A DNA stretch of 60,458 bases, filler included. It is 9 parts of 9 records of this genome, joined end to end, with 100 filler letters (N's around TTAATTAATTAA, not from the genome) between each part and the next. Parts side by side here need not be neighbours in the genome. Positions count along the whole stretch, not along the records: positions 51,984 to 60,458 come from SRR31147125_86767; 8 more parts are not named here. One strand, given 5' to 3'. The notes beneath the pieces were generated by a model. That model ran no database searches, was not told the origin of the DNA, and worked only from the letters and a program-made list of their open reading frames with translations. A program made the translations under genes and the position numbers. Below are positions 53,533-60,458 of this stretch, one piece after another; position 1 is the stretch's first letter, and the number at the start of each line of letters is the position of its first letter.

Positions 53533-54659
53533 TCCGTCTCCGGTGAAATGATTTTGATGATGGAGAATCTGTTGTCTACTACCTTGGCGATGAAGATATC
53601 CCTCCGGACATCCCCGTAAGCATCGAAATAGATCTGCCCCATCACTCCCTGGATCTCGCGGATCTCCTTCAGACTGCGGCGCAGTTCTCCCGACGTTTCC
53701 GGTCCCGATTCCAGGCCCCGGGCGATAAACATGACACATTCATAGGCACTGTGAGAAAGCAGTCCTGTCTGCCTGTTGAACCGCTCGTTAAAATCCAGAA
53801 CAAACTGTCTGAACTCCCCGGAAGGGTAATCGGGATGAAAGCCCGCGGGCATGACGACCCCTTCCACGGCCTTGCCGCCTTTGACCAGAAGCTCGGATGT
53901 CTGGGCCCAGCTGGAGGAGAAAATCGGGATACAGCAGTCCACCATGCGGAAGGCCTGGGCCATCACGGCCACATCGATAGCAGAGGCGGTGATAAACACC
54001 GCATCGGAATCGCCCAGAATCAGCTGCCGGGAGATACTGATCAGTTCTCCGGTTTTTGAATCATAGGGAATCTCCTCTACCGTCAGAGGTTTCTCCGCTG
54101 TATAGGCACTGTAGAGGGCGTCCCAGTTTGTCCGGGCAAACGCTTCGTTGTTCAGGTCATAGATGTGAGTGATTTTCCGGAAATCGTAATCCCTGCTGAG
54201 ATACCGGCCGAAAATCCGGCCGTAATCCCCAGAATCGACAACGACCCGGAAGAAGAAGTCATCCGATCCGCTGAAACGGCTGCTGGTGGAGGCGGGACTG
54301 ATCAGAACCGTTTCTGCCTCGTTCATCATATCGAGCACCGCTGCGGTCTGGCCGCTGGTGATCTGGCCGATAACCGCCAGGACGCCCATGCCGATCAGCT
54401 CCCGGTTTACCTGGCGGGCTTTTTCCGGATCTCCCTGATCATCTCTGATGATCAGTTCCAGGGGGCGTCCGTTGACACCTCCGGCGGCGTTGATCTTTTC
54501 CACCGCCAGAATGGCGCCGTCCCGGGCTTCCACTCCCAGTTCTCCCCTGTTTCCGGATATCTGGCCGGAGAAGCCGATATAGTAGGGCTCTCTGTCACAG
54601 CAGGAAAGGGCAAGCAGGAGAGGCAGCAGAACCGTCAGAAAAGTAACTCTTGTAAACAC
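53529..54659 (-). CDS. Branched-chain amino acid-type (Peripla_BP_6) substrate-binding lipoprotein
   Basis: LALSC lipobox; INAAGGVNGRPLELIIRDD, FFRV, FDAYGD. Confidence 0.88.
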   Translation of the reverse strand: MFTRVTFLTVLLPLLLALSCCDREPYYIGFSGQISGNRGELGVEARDGAILAVEKINAAGGVNGRPLELIIRDDQGDPEKARQVNRELIGMGVLAVIGQITSGQTAAVLDMMNEAETVLISPASTSSRFSGSDDFFFRVVVDSGDYGRIFGRYLSRDYDFRKITHIYDLNNEAFARTNWDALYSAYTAEKPLTVEEIPYDSKTGELISISRQLILGDSDAVFITASAIDVAVMAQAFRMVDCCIPIFSSSWAQTSELLVKGGKAVEGVVMPAGFHPDYPSGEFRQFVLDFNERFNRQTGLLSHSAYECVMFIARGLESGPETSGELRRSLKEIREIQGVMGQIYFDAYGDVRRDIFIAKVVDNRFSIIKIISPETE

Positions 54660-54759
54660 TGGTTTTTCCTTCTGATAGGGACCGGTTTATACATGAATTA
54701 TAGTTTTTCCGATTCGGGATCACAAACTGCCGGGAGTCCTGCAGGGTGAGGCGTTCCTG

Positions 54760-55965
54760 TTACTTGAAGAGGCTGTACCGGATGGGAGAAAAGCGGAACT
54801 TATCATCCGTATGGGCCGGGAGAATCAGTTCCAGGCTGCCTCTTTCGCTCTCGCAGTCCGCCAGAATCCGGCTGCCGTCCACCACATGGCGGCGGCGGAT
54901 CACGGCGGGGATGCCTTCCCCGTTGACTTGGACCTCATCGGCGCGAAAGTAGAGGCGGTAATCCCCGTCGGCCTCAGCCGCCGTCAGATTGAAATCCCCG
55001 ATTTCCCCTCCTGAAACGGTGACATCCAGTTTATTGACCGCAAAGCGGGAGGTCAGTTCAAATACGAGGGGCGCGGCCGGGTTGTTGTATACCTCCTGAG
55101 CTTCGCCGAACTGAATCATCCGGCCCTTGTCCAGTACGGCCAGATAATCGCTCAGGGCCAGGGCGGTTTCCGCTTCATGAAGGGTCAGGATGGTGGTTGT
55201 TCCGATACCCGAAACCAGTTCCTTCAGAAAAACACGCATCCTCATCCGGATATTTTTATCCAGCCGGGCCAGGGGTTCGTCCATCAGCAGAAGGTCGATG
55301 TTCCGTATATCCGCCCGGGCGATGGCGGTCAGCTGTTTGATTCCTTCGGGCATCTCCCGGATAGAACTTGCCAGATCTTCGGTGCTGAGATTGAGATCCC
55401 GGGCGACGGTCTCCACCGCCGGATCGATTTCGGCTTTCTTCTTCCCCTGAGTCTCCAGGGGGAACCGGATGTTTCCCCGGCCGTTTCGGTGGGGCATCAG
55501 GGCGTAATCCTCAAAGACGAAGCCGAGATTCCGCTCATTCACATCCAGCTCATCCAGTCTCCGGCTCCCCAGATAAACCGCACCGGATTCGGCCCGGTTG
55601 AGTCCCGCGATGGTTTTCAGAAGCATGGTTTTACCCGAGCCCGAGGCTCCGAGGATTGTGAGGATCTTTCCCCGGGGAAAGCTGAAACTGATATTCCGGA
55701 GCTGAAACTCCTCCCGGTGGAAACTCAGGCTGTTCACCAGGAATAGTCCCTCTTCCGGGGCCGCCGGAGCTTCGGGGAAGTCGATAAACTCCCGTTTCTG
55801 CCGGTCTATGTACTCCAGCAGATCCGAATGGAGAACCCGGATGGTGCTCCCGACTTTAAAGGCTTCTATCTTCCTGTCTCTGATCAGGTTGTATACCATC
55901 TGATTGGAAATGTTGAGAAACCGGGCAATCTCCTTGATGGTCAGGGTCCTGTCATCTGTTTTCAT
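54760..55965 (-). CDS. Excisionase-type HTH (HTH_17) fused to a MalK-like ABC ATPase
   Basis: LTIKEIARFLNISNQMVYNLI..IEAFKVGSTIRV; GASGSGKT; VFEDYAL; signature MPEGIKQ; LLMDEPL; TLHE. Confidence 0.88.
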   Translation of the reverse strand: MKTDDRTLTIKEIARFLNISNQMVYNLIRDRKIEAFKVGSTIRVLHSDLLEYIDRQKREFIDFPEAPAAPEEGLFLVNSLSFHREEFQLRNISFSFPRGKILTILGASGSGKTMLLKTIAGLNRAESGAVYLGSRRLDELDVNERNLGFVFEDYALMPHRNGRGNIRFPLETQGKKKAEIDPAVETVARDLNLSTEDLASSIREMPEGIKQLTAIARADIRNIDLLLMDEPLARLDKNIRMRMRVFLKELVSGIGTTTILTLHEAETALALSDYLAVLDKGRMIQFGEAQEVYNNPAAPLVFELTSRFAVNKLDVTVSGGEIGDFNLTAAEADGDYRLYFRADEVQVNGEGIPAVIRRRHVVDGSRILADCESERGSLELILPAHTDDKFRFSPIRYSLFK

Positions 55966-56083
55966 ACAACCCTCCTGAATATGATTTATATTATAACATT
56001 ATATAATGACGCATTATGAAATCAAATTTCATATAACGATGTATTGCAGAACCAGAGACAGTTCGGTGAGTGAGGAGGTGAGT

Positions 56084-56800
56084 ATGATGAAAGGAAACAG
56101 GAGTGCCGGGATGGTCCGGCTGGAGAAGTCCGGAATAGCCGCCATACTGTCCCCCTTCCGGTGGATGGTGATGAGTTCCGCGGCCTTTTTTGCCGCCGCC
56201 GGTTCCTTCCGTGTACCGCGGTTCTACGGCTTTCTGGCCGTCTGTCTTGTCGGGGGGGCTGCCGGGGCGGTTCTGATGGCCCGGTCGCCGGATCTGGCCA
56301 ACAGCCGGGGAAAGAGCCAGAAGGGAACCAAAAAGTGGGACCTCTTCCTGGTCATTCCCTACATTCTGATCCTGATCCTGGTCATCCCGCTGACTGCCGG
56401 GCTGGATACGGTGCGGTTCCGATGGTCCTCCATGGGGTGGGGATCTTTCTGGATCGGAATGGTTCTGTATGTTCTTTCATGGTGTTTTATTGAATGGGCC
56501 ATGCATGTGAATCATTACTTTGAGGGGACCGTCCGCATTCAGACTGACCGGGACCATCATGTAATAACCCACGGCCCCTACCGGTATGTCCGGCACCCGG
56601 GTTATGCGGGGATGCTGGTTTCCGGTGTTTCTTTTGTACTGATGCTGGGTTCCCTTTATGCCTTGATACCCCTGGGGGTCAGCATGGTCCTGCTGGTCAT
56701 CCGGACGGCCCTGGAGGACCGGACCCTTCAGCTGGAACTGGAGGGGTACCGGGAGTATACTGAGCGCACCAGGTTCAGGCTGATACCTCTGGTCTGGTAG
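56084..56800 (+). CDS. Isoprenylcysteine carboxyl methyltransferase family membrane protein
   Basis: VRIQTDRDHHVITHGPYRYVRHPGY, RTALEDRTL, RLIPLVW; GAGGAGG RBS. Confidence 0.9.
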   Translation: MMKGNRSAGMVRLEKSGIAAILSPFRWMVMSSAAFFAAAGSFRVPRFYGFLAVCLVGGAAGAVLMARSPDLANSRGKSQKGTKKWDLFLVIPYILILILVIPLTAGLDTVRFRWSSMGWGSFWIGMVLYVLSWCFIEWAMHVNHYFEGTVRIQTDRDHHVITHGPYRYVRHPGYAGMLVSGVSFVLMLGSLYALIPLGVSMVLLVIRTALEDRTLQLELEGYREYTERTRFRLIPLVW

Positions 56801-56823
56801 ATTCGGGCTTACAGGATGGAATA

Positions 56824-58254
56824 ATGATGACAGATGTACTGACAGAACCCGGAAACGGGACTCGCGGCGCAATGAGGCGGCTGTTCCGGATGGTCTCTCT
56901 CCCGGTTCTGTTCTCTTTTCTGACCGGCTGCACCTCCCTGGACAGCCTCCGGGAACGGCCGGAGGGGGAAACGGGGGCTCCTCTGGAATTCGGTCTCTGT
57001 CAGCCCGGGGCTTTATGGCCGGAAGAAAACGACTGCTTTCAGGGAGCTCCCGGAGCGTACGAGCGGTATCTCTGGGCACCCTATCTGAGATCTGCGGGGA
57101 CCCGGGACCTGCTGGATGATCTGGGGGCGGAGTGGCTGCGGGTGGATTTTTCCTGGAAGAATCTGGAACCTGTTCAGGGCGTGTGGCGTTTCCGGGGACC
57201 CGACCTGCTGACCGGTGCCGCCGTAGAACAGGGACGGAAGGTGCTGGCCCTCCTGGTGTACGACGTGCCCTGGATCTATGACGATGAAAAGACAACACGG
57301 AATATCACACCCGAACGGCTTGAACACTACCTGAACTATGTGGAGACTGTTGCGCTCCGCTACAGGGACCGGGTGGGGGCCTTTGAGATCTGGAATGAAC
57401 CCAATTTCCATCATTTCTGGAAGGGGAGCGACGAGGACTTTTTCCTTCTGACCCGGGAGACTCTGAAGGTGCTGGAAAGGACGGCGCCGGATGTTCCCGT
57501 GGCTGTGGGAAGTCTGATGTATCATCCCGCGGCGGGAGGAAAGGCATTCCTGAAAAAGATGATCGAAGCCGGAGCTCTGGAGGGCGCCGATGCCCTCTCC
57601 CTCCATCCCTACGGCGCTTCTGTGGGGGCATCGGCCCTCCGGGTGGCGGAAGCGCGGCAGATCCTGCGGGAAAACGGGCTTTCACACAGAATCTGGGTGA
57701 CCGAGATGGGCTATCCCACCACGGGAGCCTATCCCCACCGGGTCCCCCTGGACCGTCATGCCGCCGTGACGGCAAAGAGCATCGTCCTTCTGACCGCCGC
57801 CGGCGCCGACCTGATCACCTGGTATAAACTGTCCGACCGCTACAACCCCGATGATATCCCCTGGAATGTGTCCTCCGAGGCCGGATTCGGCCTGACCTAT
57901 CCCGACAGATCCATGAAGCCCGGCGGATACGCCTACAGTGTTCTGACCCGGACTCTGTCCGGCGCCCGGTACAATCCAGGCCGGATCCGGATGGAGGGCG
58001 ATCCGGCGGAGGTCTTCACTTATGATCTCCCGGGGGACCGGGCGGCGGTGGTTCTCTGGGCTAGGACAGGAGGTTCCGGCCGGAACATTGTTCTGGAGGG
58101 GCTGGAGGATGCGGTCCTCTACCGGCTGACCGATGAGACCGCCTCGGAAGAGACTCTGAAGCCGCCAGTCTGCCTTACCGTAAACTATGATCCTGTTCTC
58201 CTGACGGGAAAATGGAACCGTCCTGACGGGACGATCCTTATACGGTCAGAATAA
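56824..58254 (+). CDS. Clan GH-A glycoside hydrolase lipoprotein (GH39/GH5-like)
   Basis: FLTGC lipobox; RVDFSW, WNEPN (acid/base), HPY, WVTEMG (nucleophile). Confidence 0.8.
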   Translation: MMTDVLTEPGNGTRGAMRRLFRMVSLPVLFSFLTGCTSLDSLRERPEGETGAPLEFGLCQPGALWPEENDCFQGAPGAYERYLWAPYLRSAGTRDLLDDLGAEWLRVDFSWKNLEPVQGVWRFRGPDLLTGAAVEQGRKVLALLVYDVPWIYDDEKTTRNITPERLEHYLNYVETVALRYRDRVGAFEIWNEPNFHHFWKGSDEDFFLLTRETLKVLERTAPDVPVAVGSLMYHPAAGGKAFLKKMIEAGALEGADALSLHPYGASVGASALRVAEARQILRENGLSHRIWVTEMGYPTTGAYPHRVPLDRHAAVTAKSIVLLTAAGADLITWYKLSDRYNPDDIPWNVSSEAGFGLTYPDRSMKPGGYAYSVLTRTLSGARYNPGRIRMEGDPAEVFTYDLPGDRAAVVLWARTGGSGRNIVLEGLEDAVLYRLTDETASEETLKPPVCLTVNYDPVLLTGKWNRPDGTILIRSE

Positions 58255-58339
58255 GGGAATTCTCTCTCAAAGATCCCGTCCGGGGTTTATAATTAAAGGT
58301 GCTGGAAGAGATCCGGGGGAAACCGGAAAAGGAGAAGCG

Positions 58340-58635
58340 ATGACTTTTGAAGAACTGCTGGGCAGCCGGGAGTGGAAACCCATACATTTCTGTCCGGGAC
58401 GGTATATCCTGGCGGGAGGGGAGCAGGCGGTCACCCCCGGGACCTTCTGGGATATGAGGCGCCGGTGAAGGAGTACGATCTTCCGACGGTCCATGATCCC
58501 GTGCTGGTCATTCCCATCGAAGACGGGGGGATTATCTCCTACCGGAAGGAGTCGGGCCTCTATATCCACACCCTCTGCGACGCCGGCGGATTCGAGCGGA
58601 AACTGAAGGAACTGGGAATCTTTCATCGGGAATGA
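58340..58635 (+). CDS. Small hypothetical protein with a frameshift in a C-run at ~58436
   Basis: AAGGAG and ATG 58340 give MTFEELLGSREWKPIHFCPGRYIL, joining ..DGGIISYRKESGLYIHTLC..GFERKL. Confidence 0.6.
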
Positions 58636-58693
58636 CTGATATTGTTTCGCCGGATTCCTATTGTTACTTGGGACTTCGATTTCTTTAAATTTC

Positions 58694-59041
58694 TCAGTTT
58701 CCCGGGAAATCCCGTGTCTCCGGCATCTCCAAGGGCAGATCGGAAGTTTTAAATGAAGAAACAGTTATTATTCCCGCATAAGGCGAGTCCATCTCCGAAG
58801 ACAGTAACCCCGATATTGAAACGGTTTTATTCTGATATAATTTAAGATCATTAATGAGATCGCCATTAAGACAGTATTTCTTGTTGTCGTTGGTTACAAG
58901 AATAACAGAAGTATGCGGTTCGTTTCCTGTTATCCGTAGGATTCCCGATTCCGTTACTGTTTCAGATGATTCTTTATTCCCAGAACCAAACAGAAACACT
59001 GTAGAAAAAATCAGGAAAGTGAGCGCGACTAATCTTTTCAC
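58694..59041 (-). CDS. Exported hypothetical protein
   Basis: Signal peptide ending LFGSGNKE; G.LRITGNEP; overlaps the upstream stop by 4 nt. Confidence 0.65.
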   Translation of the reverse strand: MKRLVALTFLIFSTVFLFGSGNKESSETVTESGILRITGNEPHTSVILVTNDNKKYCLNGDLINDLKLYQNKTVSISGLLSSEMDSPYAGIITVSSFKTSDLPLEMPETRDFPGN

Positions 59042-60458
59042 CGTACTACCGCCGCATAATAAGAACTGTAATCATCGTCTCCTGAACTGAATGAAAATTT
59101 GTATCTTCCCTTCATGTCTTCATGTTTTGTAATAAGAAATGACCTCCCTGGTATGTTATCTCCAAAATACGTTTTTATCTCCTCAGGAGTGAATGCTTTT
59201 GGTTTGATATTGTAATCATAAAAATTAATAGATCCCAGTTTGTAATCGATTCCGTTCAGATTGTATCTGAACCAGCCTCCATTATTGAAGGTGTGGTAGT
59301 CTTTCATGTCAGTATGATCTGACAACAGTACTGCGACGATAAAACTGGGAAGGTGATTCAACGTGAATCTGTAGCTGCTATTTTTCTTGTAATCCAGTTT
59401 TCCAAGAGCTATTTCAAGAGATTTTTCATCATATGCATTATACATGATTTCTCTTAAGATTTCAGGACCTCCAAAATTCCTGACCAGATAAGCGCCGTAT
59501 ACATACATGAGTGAGTAGCTTCTGAGTACATAGGGCATCTTATTATTGTCCAGGGTGTCAGGGAGCCATGTGAAGAACGGGGTTGTCGTGTAAAAATTAT
59601 ATAGAGGGATCCGTCCCTTTGTTATATTTCCGGTTGGGGAGGTTGAACCATCGACGGACAGATAGCCTCTGGGCCCAGGAGTTCCCAATTTCTCGGATAA
59701 TATATCTTCAGTGGTTAGGGATAGCATTTCATTGAGCCATGTTTCAGGATAGATACTTCTCTTAACTGCTGTTTGATAGAAATTTATCATATGCTGAAAT
59801 TCATGTCCCAAGGTTGATAGTACTTCGGATGGCCAATAATCAGTAATATCCCAACTTCCCTCTGCCTTGCTGTAGAGAAGAGAATCTATATAAAACATGA
59901 TTCTCTCATTAGATAAGGACTCTGAAGTCTTTTTGACATTGTCTTTTCCCCAGAAGAAACCCAGAACTCCTCCATCTGTGCTGTTATCTCCTTCTAAATC
60001 AGCCAGAAGAATGTTTATTTCATTATTTGGAAGGATATAGTAGTTGCTTGAATGATCACCCCATTCTTCTCCGAAAATATTTGTTACCCAGTCGTATATG
60101 TCATTTCCCGATCCGTCCGAAAGAAAATTTTTCTGCCAGAATATTAACCATTTCCTGAGTTAAATATGCTTCCGTACCACCGTCGGTCCAGCTTGAGTTT
60201 TCTACCCATATCTTAAGAGTTTTTTCTCCGAAGGCTGTTGAAACCGTATCGGTGTATCTGAGAGTAGATGTATATTCACGTCCGGAATCTTTAAATGATA
60301 CTTCCGTAGCATGTGGAGTTTCAGAACGTAACGGTTTATATAAGCTGGAAGGCATCGTTGTTTTGAGAGGTCCGGGCATTTTCCCGGCTATATTTCGGAC
60401 AATGTTAAGATTATCAGTAGATATTTCTTCATTTCGGGTTATTGATAGATTGTTTCCG
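59038..60458 (-). CDS. Peptidase M30 (hyicolysin-like) zinc metalloprotease, frameshift near 60125, 5'-truncated
   Basis: TLGHEFQHMI and WLNEMLS; upstream frame reads NDIYDWVTNIFGEEWG, GGVLGFFWGKD. Confidence 0.8.

Noticed and set aside
54760-55965. Excisionase domain as evidence of a prophage or integrative element
   Set aside because: The HTH is fused to an ABC ATPase and no integrase or phage gene is nearby
9943-57775. Long antisense or alternative-frame ORFs (e.g. 9943-10731, 14223-15011, 35204-35989, 52120-52950, 56477-57298)
   Set aside because: They are shadows of well-supported genes on the opposite strand and show no recognisable motifs
1434-60458. Frameshifts in ktrB, sensor kinase, ABC transporter, uppP, VWA, GT4, MMPL and M30 genes as programmed frameshifting, phase variation or pseudogenisation
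   Set aside because: They are spread across unrelated contigs and mostly at short homopolymers, which is best explained by sequencing error

Overview
This window is not one locus. It is nine unrelated contigs joined by eight artificial 100-nt linkers (N44-TTAATTAATTAA-N44), most likely from an anaerobic metagenome; lineage guesses are inference from gene content only. Contig 1 (1-8155, deltaproteobacteria-like): sigma54 activator, KtrAB, USP, SLC13 permease, cytidylate-kinase-like protein and two-component genes. Contig 2 (8256-13298, spirochaete-like): two divergent URO-D/MtaA-like genes and TetR. Contig 3 (13399-19735, Desulfuromonadales-like): uvrB end, DUF3373-like protein with a small cytochrome c, moeA, tRNA-Sec and two tandem 12-heme cytochromes. 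Contig 4 (19836-26103, AT-rich, FCB-like): TonB receptor, secreted beta-helix protein and a membrane-anchored winged-helix regulator. Contig 5 (26204-33752): ABC half-transporters, O-methyltransferase, Fe/B12-type binding protein, a Cys/His-rich ribbon-helix-helix (RHH) regulator divergent from a COG0523 GTPase, and a dcd remnant. Contig 6 (33853-40106): dnaK end, acyl-CoA ligase, uppP, PMM/PGM and a VWA protein. Contig 7 (40207-46681): glycosyltransferases, HDOD, USP and the hisH end. Contig 8 (46782-51883): MMPL/LolA-like/DUF1302-like triad. Contig 9 (51984-60458, spirochaete-like): histidine kinase, binding protein, excisionase-HTH/ABC ATPase fusion, ICMT-like protein, GH-A hydrolase and M30 peptidase. 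Many genes carry single-base frameshifts, mostly at homopolymers, which are probably sequencing errors. The best novelty candidates are (i) the RHH-zinc-ribbon regulator with GTAWTAC-N3-GTAWTAC boxes over both divergent promoters, (ii) the HTH-ABC ATPase fusion with a degenerate signature and palindromic upstream DNA, and (iii) the ToxR-like regulator with phased TAACTGTTA repeats next to a TonB locus. No CRISPR array, rRNA or intact mobile element was seen.
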